Notes: a model not told the origin generated them from the letters alone. Counted from the stretch's first letter, positions 25,855-38,531 are shown. The stretch is DNA of 64,000 nt from Hypanus sabinus (GCF_030144855.1 NC_082721.1:30132001-30196000), one strand, 5' to 3'. Numbers and translations: made by a program.

Positions 25855-26123
25855 CATATGTTTGACAGCTGACACAATCTGAATAAATATGAATTTACTC
25901 TCATGCTCCGAGAGCCGACCCTGTGTGCAGATCTTGGTGAACAGATCCCCTCCTTCTGCGTACTCCAAGACCAAATAGAGCCGAGTTTGTGTCTCCAGCA
26001 CCTCATATAACCGGATGATATTTGGATGATGAAGTTGCTCCATACACAGAACTTCATTTATGAACAGGTCTTGTCTCTTGTGTGTTATATGCTTTTTATC
26101 CATTATTTTAATTGCTACCCTTT
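25855..26123 (-). CDS. NIM1K: NIM1-like kinase coding exon 2 (ERVAIKIMDK...SAVKHM)
   Basis: Acceptor TTTGTAG, donor ATG|GTAAGT, 269 nt; VAIK, alphaC Glu, HHPNIIRLYEV, LVLEYAEGG. Confidence 0.9.
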
Positions 26124-26191
26124 CTACAAATAGGAAAGTAAGAAAATATATATAACTACTTTTTCTCATTAATGAACAATATACTAGATAT

Positions 26192-27359
26192 CACGAGGAA
26201 GTCTGCAGATGCTGGAAATTCAAACAACACACATAAAATGCTGGTAGAACACAGCAGGCTAGCCAGCATCTGTGGGAGAAGCGCTGTCGACATTTCGGGC
26301 CGAGACCCTTCGTCAGGACTAACCGAAAGGAAAGATAGTAAGAGATTTGAAAGTAGTGGGGGGAGGGGGAAATGCGAAATGATAGGAGAAGACCGGAGGG
26401 GATGGGATGAAGCTAAGAGCTGGAGAAGGGCAAGGATCATGGGATGGGAGACCACAGGAGAAAGAAAGGGGGGATAGCACCAGAGGGAGATGGAGAACAG
26501 GCAAACAACTAAATATGTCAGGGATGAGGTAAGAAGGGGAGGAAAGGCATTAACGGAAGTTAGAAAAGTCAATGTTCATGCCATTAGGTTGCAGGCTACC
26601 CAGCCGGTATATAAGGTGTTGTTCCTCCAACCTGAGTTTGGATTCATTTTGACAATAGAGGAGGCCATGGATAGACATATCAGAATGGGAATGGGACATG
26701 GAATTGAAATGTGTGGCCATTGGGAGATCCTGCTTTTTCTGGGGGACCGAGCGTAGGTGTTCCGCGAAACAGTCTCCCAGTCTGCATCGGGTCTCACCAA
26801 TATATAAGAGGCCACACCAGGAGCACCAGACACAGTATACCACACCAGCCAACTCACAGGTGAAGTGTCGCCTCACCTGGAAAGACTGTCTGGTGCCCTG
26901 AATGGTGGTGAGGGAGGAAGTGTAAGGGCAGGTGTAGCACTTGTACCGTTTACAAGGATAAGTGCCAGGAGGGAGATTGGTAGGAAGGGATGGTGGGGAT
27001 GAGTGGACAAGGGAGTTGCGCAGGGAGCAATCCCTGCGAAAAGCAGAAGGGGGGGAGGGAAAAATGTGTTTGGTAGTGGGATCCCGTTGGAGGTGGCAGA
27101 GATTACGGAGAATTATATGTTGGACCTGGAGGCTGGTGGGGTGGTAGGTAAGGACAAGGGGAACCCTATCCCGAGTGGGGTGGCGGGTGGATGGGGTGAG
27201 GGCAGATGTGCGGGAAATGGGAGCAGAGTTGATGGTGGACGAAGGGAAGCCCCTTTGTTTAAAAAAGGAAGACATCTCCTTCGTCCTGGAATGAAAAGCC
27301 TCATCCTGAGAGCAGATGCGGTGGAGACGGAGGAATTGTGAGAAGGAGATAGCCTTTTT
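26192..27359 (-). mobile_element. Young 5'-truncated Penelope-like element (GIY-YIG endonuclease C-terminus plus terminal repeat) in NIM1K-like intron 1
   Basis: ORF 26550-27275 with CKRYKCYTC...VVYCVWCSWCGLLYIGETRCRLGDCFAEH (PLE GIY-YIG with Cys/His motif); 14-bp TSD AATATACTAGATAT at 26178-26191 and 27380-27393. Confidence 0.88.
26286..26319 (-). ncRNA. Minimal hammerhead ribozyme motif in PLE terminal repeat
   Basis: Minus strand reads GTC-CTGACGA-AGGGTCTCGGCCC-GAAA-TGTC-GAC. Confidence 0.65.
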
Positions 27360-28914
27360 TACTAGATATGATTTTTACTAATATACTAGATATGATTTCT
27401 TAACGTTTAGAATGGAGTCAATGAAGCCGTAGACGATTAACTATCCAAAATTGTGTGTGTATTTTGTTTTTTGTTATTTAGGTTTGGCAAAAATTGGAGA
27501 AAAGGCTTGGGCAGGGGATCTGAAGACTGTGGAAGCATCAGCAGGGAGGATAGAGTGTGAGGCCAAATATAAAGGTTGAAAAATTGAAGAAGAAAACCAC
27601 CATATTGGTTTCCTCTGTGTATCATGGTTTCCTCCTGCAGTCTAAAGTCATACCAGTTAGTAGGTTAATTAGTCATTGTACATGGTCCTGTGATTAGGCT
27701 TGCGTTAATAGGTGGGTTACTGGATGATGCAGCTCCTTGGCCGGAAGGGCCTGTTCCACGCTGTATCTCTAAATAAAATTTTAAAAATAAAAAGAGAGGT
27801 GCCTTAGAAACTCAGTTTTAACAAGTCTAGAAAGGTTGAACACTTTAATACTGAAATATGCCTCAATCCCAAATTAAAGTCTCCTTGAGTGTTCACAACT
27901 CATATCTTTTGCTTGTCTGTTGTATGTGGTAAAATTTTGCACAAGTGAAATCAATTGGATGCTGTATTGCAAAAAAAATTACAGTATTGTGTGTATTCAC
28001 TGTTTTCATCAACCGAGTTATCTTGTGTTTCACATTATCAGTGTTGGACTCTATAACAGGATTTCTAGATTACTGCATGTTAATTTATACCAGAAACATA
28101 AATGACCTGGGAGACAGAAAAGTTTTAATTTGTGATTCTTCATTTATCTGTCATCTAAAATAATGAATATTTTGTTTGTTACATTGATACACAGATTCCT
28201 GTAAGTTAAATAATTTAGTACTGATATATCATCTTGTTGACTTTTTTATGCACCTCCCTTGAATCCCACTCAAGTTCGATTATTTGATTAGTTTAACAAG
28301 CTTGCATACAGGAAAGAATGCATGGCAGTTTGATATCATCTTGCACTGTTATTCCTCTAATTGCTAAGAAAAATTAATTTACATCTTTAATTTAAAATTT
28401 ATTATTTTTAATTTTGGTGAATAAAAGTGTTCATTGTTCCAAAGTGACACTTCCAAGCAGAATCTATAAGATAAATGAGCAAAAATTAAATTAAAAACTA
28501 AACATGCTCAACCTGCAATTAACCAATTACATTATTAAATACCAACATGCCAGTCTCAATGAGTAAACCTTGGTAATGATAATTTCTTGGCTTTTTTTAC
28601 CCATATTAGTTTATAATGTTTGAAACCATTTAACATCCTCAAGGGTAATTGTAACAAGACCAGGTTTCCTGTCGTTTTATAGTATCTAATCCCAAGATTT
28701 TGTTTTCAGATACATTAAATGTTGTTTTATTCCCTAATGGCTAGTTTCAAGTATAACATCTGTTGTGATGGTAGGCAAATTGGAGTGGATCCAAGTACAA
28801 GCAGAACTTGATATGTTTCTCAAAACATGTATGTGCTGCTGGATAATAGTCATTAAGTCAGGTTAACACGTTCTTCTCAGGCTCCAGTATAACTAAAGCA
28901 GCTGAGTGCAAAGT

Positions 28915-29280
28915 TTAACGGGAGTGTATAAGATGATGAGAGGCATTGATCATGTGGATAGTCAGAGGCTTTTTCCCAGGGCTGAAATGGCTAGCATGAG
29001 AGGGCACAGTTTCAAGGTGCTGGTGAGTAGGTACAGAGGAGATGTCAGGGGTAAGTTTTTTACACAGAGAGTGGTGAGTGCGTGGAATGGGCTGCTGGTG
29101 ACGGTGGTGGAGGCTGATATGATAGGGTCTTTTAAGAGACTCCTGGACATGTACATGGAGCTCAGAAAAAACAGAAGGCTATGGGTAATCCTAGGTAATT
29201 TCTAAGGTAAGGACATGTTTGGCACAGCTTTGTGGGCCAAGGGGCCTGTATTGTGCTGTAGGTTTTTTATGTTTCTAATA
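28915..29280 (+). mobile_element. CR1-type LINE 3' end in NIM1K-like intron 1
   Basis: YKMMRGID...RGHSFK...FFTQRVVSAWNGL...FKRLLD. Confidence 0.85.
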
Positions 29281-29484
29281 TCACTACTACATCATTATCT
29301 AAAATCAAAATCCAAGTCTAGTCAGCAGAATGGTGTTCTTATTTCAGTATAATTGTTCCCAATGTCTTGCATTGATGATTGCTGCAGCAGTAGACAACCT
29401 GCTTACATTACGTCAAGTAAAATATTCACAATATGAACCTGACTTCTTAAATACTCTAGATGGAATCTGGTACTTCAGACATAC

Positions 29485-29773
29485 CTTTTGTCAAGCAATG
29501 TATTCCAAGCTTCACCTTTGAGAAGTTTCCAATGCCAATCTGTCCACGGAGTTGGTAAAATCCAACTCTCTTTCCAAGTATCAGTTCATTTTTCACTTTT
29601 TCATTGTTCCTCATATCATAAATGACTTTTTCTAAGGGTGTGAATACAGTGTTTTCCCTCTTGCTCAACTCATCCTTGTCCATTTTGCGTTGTATCTGTC
29701 GTTTAATCCCTTGAATTGGGCTGGAGTATTTATGCAGTCCTTCACTGTGAATAGAAAGTGCCACAGCCATCAT
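29485..29773 (-). CDS. NIM1K: NIM1-like Ser/Thr kinase, coding exon 1
   Basis: MMAVALS...TPLEKVIYDM...LGKRVGFYQLRGQIGIGNFSKVKLGIHCLTK matches the NIM1K N-lobe; donor G|GTATGT; 289 nt. Ortholog versus paralog is unresolved. Confidence 0.85.
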
Positions 29774-30859
29774 TGAGGCTCGCAGCTTATATCTCCTAAA
29801 CCATTTCCTTATAAACAATTCCTAATTAGAGCTCACAAGGAGGAACTTCTGCTTGAAGGATGAAACCCTTTACTAGAAAAGCTGCTCCAAATATGATCTT
29901 AGTTCAATTCAGCCTTATTCCGTAATAGTCTCAGTCTTCTCGGAGTCACTTTCCAGCCTGTGATGCAAGCAACGCTCTTTGCTTTCTGTGATTCAAAAAA
30001 ACCCAAAACCTTAAGTTTCAGAAGATGTCCAATGACAATAAGACTGATATGGTACTTTCTAATAATAATCAGATCAAATAGCTTTCAGCTAAGCTTTTAT
30101 TCATTGACTGCAGAGTCACTGGATGGTGGGAGCACCTTCCTCAGTTTCTAGATGAAAGCCGAAGATACTTTGAGATAACTGTTTGGGGAAAGATAAATTT
30201 AATTTCAGTAATGTTCAGTAAGCAGATTTGTGCAGAGTGCTTTAGTTGATATGGTATTGGGGATTGAGCATAGGAGTCTGATAGCAGCTGGATAGAAGCT
30301 GTCCTTGAGTCTGGTGATATACAATATGCTTTTTTCTATCTTCTACCTGATCAGAGAGGAGAGAAGAGAGAGTGTCTGGGGTGGGTGGTATTTTTGATTA
30401 CACTGGCTGCTTTACTGAGGCAGTGAGAAGTATACAGCAGATATGAAAGGAGTCATGAAAATCTAACTTGCTGTTTATAAAAATCAAGTGATCAGGTGCA
30501 GCTAAAATTATTTCAAATATTGTCTGTTTATGTATTACTTAGTGGCAAACTATTTACCACAATTGCCACTGCAAAGTTCAGTTGTGTCCAGGCTCAAAGC
30601 CTTGGGCATCATTAACCAGCAATGAAATTTATTCTGCTTGGCAGCTAAGCTGGATCTGGTAGATTAGCTGGCAATCATAAACCCCACAGGGGCCTGGGAA
30701 CAGGTTAGCAATCAGGTAAGAGTGGTGTTGGAGTAGCAGTTGATATCAGAACCTTGATCAGGAGTTGTAGGACATCATTGGATTGGAGCTGGGGTGAGGT
30801 TGGGGACAAGAAGAAATTGTAATGTTGAGGATGATTGGTTGGTGTGAATTTTTGGGATG

Positions 30860-31360
30860 AAGCAAATGGGTCATGAGGAGTGTTGGGAGTAATTTATAAG
30901 GCACCCAAGCAGTTCTACTTTTTGAGTAGGTTTGGTATGTCAGCAAATTTCTATAGCTGTACCATGGGGAGCATTCTGACTGGGTGCATCACATCCTGGA
31001 ACGGAGGCACCAATGCACAGGATTGCAGGAGGCTGCTGAGGGTTGTAGACTCAGCCAGCTCAATCATTGGCACAACTTCCCCTACCACTGGGCATATGTT
31101 CAAGAGGCAACTCCTCAAGAAGGTAGCATCCATCACTAAGAATCCTCACCATCCGGACATGCCCTGTTGTTACCATCAGAAGGAGGTATAGCTCTCAACA
31201 ATTTAGGTACAGCTTCCTTTCCCCCCCCCCCCCCCACAACTATCAGATTCCTGAAAGATCCAAGAACCCATGAATACTATCTCATTTTCCTTTTCTAGTG
31301 TTATTTATTTATTTTTGTAACTTATAATAATTTTTATATCTCTGGACTGGACTACTGTTG
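30860..31360 (+). mobile_element. Rex1-type LINE 3' fragment
   Basis: SILTGCITSWNG...KKVASITKNPHHP. Confidence 0.7.
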
Positions 31361-33289
31361 GAAAACAACAAACTTTGCGTTATATGAATCAGTGATCATA
31401 AATGATTCAGATTCTCTTGTTGAAGTCCCAGTACTGCATTACTCATACAAGGTTATCTGGGAGTACCAAACAATAGGGAATAAATTTTGCCTTTGCCTGC
31501 ATCTGAAAAAAGAATTCCTTCCACAACGGGGTGGCATGGTAACGTAGTGATTAGCACAATGCTTTACAGTATCGGGAACCCAGGCTGCCTGTAAGGAGTT
31601 TGTGACTCCTGTGACTGTGTGGATTTTCTCCCACCATGCAAAGACGCACCAGTTGGTAGGTTAATTGGTTGTTGTAAATTGTCTGGTGATTAAATCAGGG
31701 TTTGCTGGGCAGTGCAGCTCAAAGGGTCGATTCCATGCTGTATCTCAATCAATCCCTAAAAGCAGCATTGCAGAAGAAATTCCGATTTGATGCATGTCTG
31801 ATAGGTCCTTAGACACAACATGTTTGCAAGTGCCTTTTCAGCAAATGTACAAGTAGTTATTAATCCTCAGTCAGGTTTAAATCCAGTTGTCTACAACTAA
31901 ATTATACTGAGCTATCAATCTAACTTTGAAATATCTGAATATTAGGTACATGTCAGGTAGAAGGAGCAAGACAGAGGAGTTAAAGGATCTGTCCAGGAGA
32001 GTTTTGGATGAGCTAAAGTTTAAGGGGATGGAGGTTGAGAAACCAGCAAGGAGAGCACTGAAGTAGCTAACTGGAGGTAACAAAAGCATTTTACAGCAAG
32101 CTGGATTTGACAGGAGTGGAAAAGTACAATATTATGGCTTACAGAGTTGCAAATTATCTCATAAAAACTAATAACCATACACATCTCATGTAAAAATGAA
32201 CATAGATGCAATTAAATAAAATAGAAAGCCGCTGACTTATGTCATATGACCAGCATCAATAACAATCAGGCCTAATGGTGCAGGCCAGCAGAGTGGAATA
32301 TCTGCTAATAGAAGGTCACCTGAGGAAATCTCCTTTTGTTCTGTATCCTTCCGCTATTTTTGGGTCTACTGTGTTTCCCATATCTGAGAGTGCTCAGGAG
32401 AGATTGCAAGTGTTCTTTCATTGATTGAACCTCAGAATAACCAGAGCCAGACTAAGCTGAACTTGGACCAAGGCAGTAGCATAGAACAGAATTAAAAGTA
32501 AACAATCAGCGGGAGCCCCGTTAAGGTAATGGTAATTAGCACTGACAAAGAAGGCCTTTGTGTCGTTAACTGGCGATTTGATGCTCAGGTAATCTTACCA
32601 TGACCTCTATTAATGTAAATATTTGCAACTTTAAATCTAAATTAATAACTAACTAGTGATACATTGCAGTGCTGCAGATTTGCAGGTTTAGTTACCTACT
32701 TAGCTGACCATGATTTTCATCGGCTCCATCGGCTGTAGCTTATGTTAATCGGTTTGTTTTGTTCTTTTTTACAAGGTATCCACATCTATTGTTTCAGTAT
32801 CTTCTGACTCCCTTTGTTCTTGTGTTGATTACTCATAGCAAGGTCCACAAATGGCTTCAGTCACTGGCAGATCCTGTGAAGGACTGGTAGCAGTGAAACT
32901 GAAGAGGGTCAATCTGATCCACACACTGATAGTCATCAGAAGGAGGATTAATGGAGTTACTTTTCCTTTTTATATCTGACCTGTTTGCTGTTAACTGGAT
33001 TAAGAATTACTGTCTGACTTAAGATGACAACGCTGCCATTTATTAATTATTTATTTGTCAGAATTGATTCCTTTACCAACATGTAGCCAAGGACTTAAAA
33101 TTGTTTGTTACTGGAAATGCCCAGCACCTCTCAGTTTAGGGTTGCGTACCAGAGCCTCATTTCTCAAAAATAGCAACGATCTACATTCTGTTGCATGAGG
33201 AACCTTTAAAAATATCCAAGGGGCTTCACCATGAGTGTTATAAAAATTATGCTAAGGGAAATATGAAGTAGAATCATTTGGTGTGTATT

Positions 33290-33785
33290 GAATTGAACTG
33301 ACCTTATTTCTTACATCCTTCACATACACAAGGAGTAAAAATATTTACGTTACATCTCTGTCTAAATGTACAATGTGCAATTTATAGTAATTTGTAATAA
33401 ATAGTATGTACAACAGGATAGTCAGTATAGCATTGAAATACAATTGTATCTGCACGAATTAATCAGTCTGATGGCCTGGTGGAAGAAGCTGTCCTGGAGC
33501 CTGTTGGTCCTGGCTTTTATGCTGCGGTACTGTTTCCTGAATGGTAGCAGCTGGAACAGTTTGTGGTTGGGGTGACTCGGGTTCCCAATGATCCTTTTCA
33601 CTGTTATATAGTGAGAAGTTCACATCTACAGATGTACTGGTCTGTCTGAACCACTGTCTGCAGAGTCCTGCAACTGAGGGCAGTACAGTTCCCATACCAG
33701 GCAGTGATGCAGCCAGTCAGGATGCTCTCAATTGTGCCCCTGTAGAAAGTCCTTAGGATTGGGGGACTCATGCCAAACTTCTTCA
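33290..33785 (-). mobile_element. Rex1-type LINE 3' fragment
   Basis: FGMSPPILRTFYRGTIESILTGCITAWYGNC. Confidence 0.75.
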
Positions 33786-34160
33786 AAAATTGGAGTAGAA
33801 TGTTAAGAAGGAAAATTCATTGCCTGCTACTCAAAGCTACCAATGAAAGGTGAATAAAATTCGGGTCTTTAATGCAAGGGGATTTTAAGTTATAAAGGCT
33901 CTTATGAGTTAACACATTTTCTGAAATTCTGAGCAGCTTAACCTTAAAAATGGATCTATTTGCTATGGAGGGAAAGTGAGTGAAAATTCGCTTGACGGGT
34001 TTGTTATTTGAGAAGGGATTAGGCAAACTGAGCTTGTATTCTCGTGAATTTAGAAGAATAAAAAGTGATCTCTTTAAAACAAAATACTTTGATGGCTCAG
34101 TAGGGTAAACATAATGCAATGTTCTGTTCTGCTTCAAGGAAATGTCTAAGGAGAACTAAT

Positions 34161-34293
34161 CTGATTGGATAAAGGCTTTTGTTATCTTCTGTGATTGGCA
34201 AAGAGGCAGTGTTTCTGATTGGTGGGAAGCAGGACGACCGACAGAATGGTGCTCTCTGATTGGATTCTCTTGGTTCTTTCCCAAAGGCGGGAA
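34161..34293 (+). promoter_or_regulatory. POLE4 promoter: four inverted CCAAT (NF-Y) boxes and an E2F-type site
   Basis: TGATTGG with the ATTGG at 34164, 34194, 34218 and 34259; GGCGGGAA at 34286-34293. This is a typical cell-cycle gene promoter layout. Confidence 0.7.
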
Positions 34294-34302
34294 GGGCCGG
34301 CG

Positions 34303-34518
34303 ATGGAGGATTTGGAGAGCGCGGTGGCGGACGAGCGTGATCAGGAGAACCGGCAAAGCGCGCAGCTCGACGCCGAGGCTGAGGCGGAGCGGCCGAACTC
34401 GGGCGCACAACAGAAACTGCTCCGCCTGCCGCTGAGCCGTATCAAGGGGCTGATAAAAGCGGATCCCGAGGTGACGCTGGCGAGTCAGGAGGCCGTATTC
34501 GCCATCGGCAAGGCCACG
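34303..34518 (+). CDS. POLE4: DNA polymerase epsilon subunit 4, exon 1
   Basis: MEDLES...LLRLPLSRIKGLIKADPEVTLASQEAVFAIGKAT histone fold; donor ACG|GTGAGT; CpG island. Confidence 0.95.
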
Positions 34519-35851
34519 GTGAGTAATCCTGCTGGGTTTCGGGCATTGCCTCCAGCCTGGAAACATCTGCCTTGGTGTCCCCTGATCGGGGCTTGGACAC
34601 CCTCGATTCTGCTCCTGCTTTGGCAGCCCTGGACCAGTCTCCTCAAGGTCTCTGGTCTATAGCACTCTAAAATTTCCTGTGGAAATATAATCAACGGCAT
34701 CAGAGCAACGGAGGTTAGAAAACGGGGACACAGTCGGGGGCGTGCGGCTGGTGGCTTTAGGCCGCTTATAATTCATGATGTTGAAACTATAGTTAAGTGA
34801 GTGGTAATGTTACTTAAACAATTACATCCTTCTACTTTTGGGTGTTAATGTTAGTTAGGAGAGTAGCTGCTGTTACCACTTCTTTTTCTACTGGGGTAGG
34901 TGTACTTCAGCTGTGGGATTGCCGTTTGTATTCATTTTGTTGTTAGTTGTATCGGAAAGTAGAGTTCACCGTGTTGTCAGTTTCTTCAGCCAGAGTGGAT
35001 GTGTGTAATGGTTGGCCAACACGGTGAGTGTGCGTGTGCTAGAGGATGGGTTATCCGATTTAGCCAGCGTTTGTAGAAGCGATGACTTCTGGCTCTTTGT
35101 CTTACATATTCATTTCTGATCACGATCCTGCAGACTATTCATTTCCAATAATTATTGATGAAGTACTTTTGTCAAGCATTGTAACCTTTTGTCCCACCAT
35201 GGTTGGCAAATTTTTCAAAATGTTAGCTTGCTACAAGGACATTTATTTCATTTGCCATTTTCTTCTGATGCCTTTGTGTCCTCTGGTCCTTGAATGTTAC
35301 GTTTAACAAACCAACATTCTGGATCCAAAAGCTTACATTTTCAAACAGTTGTCACATATCTGTCCATATTACAACTCATCCAACAGGTCTTGCTTTTCCT
35401 TTGGAATATTACCTTGGGGCAGATTTTAATTCAGCCTCTGCATGTTAGGATCAACTATTAAATATTGAAAACTTCTAGTTGGTACCTGGCAAATAGCAAA
35501 TTTATTTATTTTTGAGCTTCCTTTCATTTGCCTTGCTGGGTCAGATCTAATGCATTAAATGACCTGAAACAATCTTCTCATGTTCATATAATTAAGTAAT
35601 ATCTAGTATTAAACAATGACATTGATCAAATACAAGGGAGAGTGGATTAGTGAAGCTTAGGACTTAACAAAACAGCTGTGATGAAGCTTTTCTTAGTGTG
35701 CTTAATGCTTCAAAGGTCTTCCCTGGGACATAACAGGCTACCTAAAGGGAAAAGATAAACATTTGCTGAGGGAAGAGGTGGGAAGTCTGCAGGAACTCCT
35801 GAACAACTTGTATCCCATGGGTGAAACAACCTGTTTGGTTTCTTCCACCAG

Positions 35852-35936
35852 GAGCTGTTTGTTGAGGTGATTGCAAAGGATGCATGCACATATGCACTGC
35901 AAGCAAAGCGTAAAACTATCCAGCGGAAAGACTTGG
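35852..35936 (+). CDS. POLE4: POLE4 exon 2 (ELFVEVIAKDACTYALQAKRKTIQRKDL)
   Basis: Acceptor TTCCACCAG, donor G|GTGAGT, 85 nt. Confidence 0.95.
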
Positions 35937-36094
35937 GTGAGTCTGACAGTCAGCTGTCATATCATGCTTCTTCTGAATGCCAGTGTACATGACAAACTAG
36001 CATTTCAGGTTGTGATATTGCCTTGGTCAGTTTTGCTTTTGATTTAAAATTGTCCTCTTTATTAAAATATGTTTTTTTTAAATTTCCCTTTCAG

Positions 36095-36136
36095 ATAATG
36101 CAGTAGATGCTGCAGATGAATTCGCATTTTTAGAAG
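36095..36136 (+). CDS. POLE4: POLE4 exon 3 (DNAVDAADEFAFLE), followed by a GC donor
   Basis: Acceptor CCCTTTCAG, 42 nt, donor AAG|GCAAGT; DEFAFLEG is the conserved POLE4 C-terminus. Confidence 0.9.
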
Positions 36137-36529
36137 GCAAGTTTGTGTTGTAGCCATTTATTTTTGTCATACAAGTTTTTGTTATCTAGTTCTGGCTCCC
36201 TCATAATTCCTGGACTTTGATCCCTCTGTCAGAAATTTGAGAGATGAACTGAGGGTTTTGTCACTTGTTTCAAGTTTGCACAGTCGGAGGAGGCATTGAT
36301 GCAAGTGACAATATTGCCTTGAGTTTCATCGCTGATGTAAAATGTTTTTGATTTACTGTTCACAGTGAGCAGAAAGCACTAGTATAACATCCCCATCCTG
36401 TTGCTTTTAACCACTTTTCTAATCTTAAAAGTTGACATGATTTCAATTTCAAATAGAATGGTAGTAAATGTCATAGTTTTATAAATGCACATTTTTGAAT
36501 TTGTGGGTGTGGTATTTAATATATATCTA

Positions 36530-37150
36530 AATCAGACAGACAGACATACTTCATTGATCCAGAGGGAAATTGTGTTTCGTTACAGCCGCACCAACCAGGA
36601 TTAGTGAAGAAATATAGCAATATAAAATCATAAATAATTAAATAATGATAAGTTAATCATGCCCAGTGGAAATAAGTCCAGGACCAGCCTATTGGCTCAG
36701 GATGTCTGACACTCCTAGGGAGGAGTTGTAAAGTTTGATGGCCACAGGCAGGAATGACTTCCTATGACGCTCAGTGTTACATCTCGGTGGAATGAGTCTC
36801 TGGCTGAATATACTCCTGTGCCTAACCAGTACATTATGGAGTGGATGGGAGTCATTGTCCAAAATGGCATGCAACTTGGACAGCATCCTCTTTTCAGACA
36901 CCACCATCAGAGAGTCCAGTTCCACCCCCACAACATCACTGGCCTTACGAATAAGTTTATTTGATTTTGTTGGTGTCTGCTACCCTCAGCCTGCTGCCCC
37001 AGCACACAACAGCAAACATGATAGCACTGGCCAGCACAGCTTCGTAGAACATCCTCAGCATCGTCCGGCAGATGTTAAAGGACCTCAGTCTCTTCAGGAA
37101 ATAGAGACGGCTGTGACCCTTCTTGTAGACAGCCTCAGTGGAATCCATCA
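36530..37150 (-). mobile_element. Rex1-type LINE 3' end in POLE4 intron 3
   Basis: RLYFLKRLRSFNIC...AVVCWGS and HPLH...SFLPVAIKLYN; (TCTG)n tail. Confidence 0.78.
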
Positions 37151-38392
37151 CTGAAAAAATGTTATTAAGTGTTTATTTCTTCAAAGCAGCCATTCTCATT
37201 ACTTCGTTATATTTTGTATAGTATGTCCAAAAGTCTACTGATCCTAATTTGCATTCGTCTTGACTTTAATCTACATCCCTTGCCTTAGCCATAAAAAAGA
37301 AGCAATATAGTCTCAGCAAGACATCAAATGTATTCTTTTCCTTAGATGCTGCCTGGCCTGCTGAGTTCCTCCAGCATTTTGTGTGTGTTACAATATTCTG
37401 TTATTTTGTTTATGAAATCCTTCTAACAGCTTGTTTAAAATATTTTTTAATTGGTTTAACATTTACTGACAATTGAATCACTTTTTTGGTATTTTTTGTT
37501 AATCTTTGTATCTGTCCGCAATTTTGACTCTCTTGCAATATACCTAATGTCAACATTGCTTATAACATTGGATAGTGTGTACCATTGGAAAAAGCTCAGA
37601 AAATGTGTAGTTGATGGTTGGGTTGAATTGTTCTCTGATATTGGTGAGAAAATGTTTTCAAATGGATTGCCAAGATTGGAGAACAACTCATCCCAACCAG
37701 TCTATATTGTACACAGAAGTGATCCCTATACAGAGGTCTCCAGAACAATGCAACTTTGTTCAGCTCTGTGTTTCAGTTACACAAGAAGCGCTGTAGCACA
37801 TTAATTATAACAAAATGTATGAGCTAAGTGTTAATCCAAGGTCCTAGCAGGTGAATGTAAAACACTGCATGATCTTTGAAAAAGTTTTGTGATACTTATT
37901 AGTGTACTGTCCTTCTGTGTCCTGTTTGCTGTTCACGGATTTTCCATATGAAGAACCTTGGAGCATCTGAAGTTGCTGACTTGAAATATTCCATCCAATG
38001 GGAAATGCTGCCCTAGTATATGTAGCTTTTTAGTTCAAGATTTCATTGTATTTTCTTATGATTTCACAGTCTTTGTGAATGGCAGTTTTGTGACTTTCAT
38101 GTGCTTCTTTCCTTTGGATGGAAGATACAATTGATAGTGAAGCATTAGTGAGAGATTTATTGGTTATTATAGTGAAGCTAGATCATATGACTTAAAACTG
38201 ATTAATCCATTTATTGCTCTTTTTAGAAAGACAATGGTGCCATTCATCAATATATGTCAAATGTTCATATTTTCCTGTGCCATTATAAAGACAGGGGAGG
38301 CAATAGCCTTTGTTACTTGGGTATATATTATTAGAATGTTTGCTGCAAGTTTGTATGTCTTGGGGTGTTTCATGCTCTTATTATTCTTCCAG

Positions 38393-38406
38393 GAACTTTG
38401 GAGTGA
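38393..38406 (+). CDS. POLE4: POLE4 exon 4 coding part (GTLE*)
   Basis: Acceptor TTCTTCCAG|GAACTTTGGAGTGA completes EGTLE* (EGTLD* in mammals); total 118 aa. Confidence 0.8.
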
Positions 38407-38525
38407 AATGGAGACAAGTTTGATGAGGCCAAAATAACTCCATAGAAGGAGAGCTGCCAGCAAATTTGCTCATTTTAGATGTATATTTGTATAATTTGTA
38501 AAAAGGAAGTTATACTTATTGTATG

Positions 38526-38531
38526 AATAAA
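38526..38531 (+). terminator. POLE4 polyadenylation signal AATAAA
   Basis: 120 nt after the stop, followed by a GT-rich tract (GTGTGAGTGTTTT). Confidence 0.6.

Noticed and set aside
34219-34302. Upstream in-frame starts extending POLE4
   Set aside because: They overlap the CCAAT/E2F promoter boxes; ATG 34303 gives the expected size of about 118 aa.
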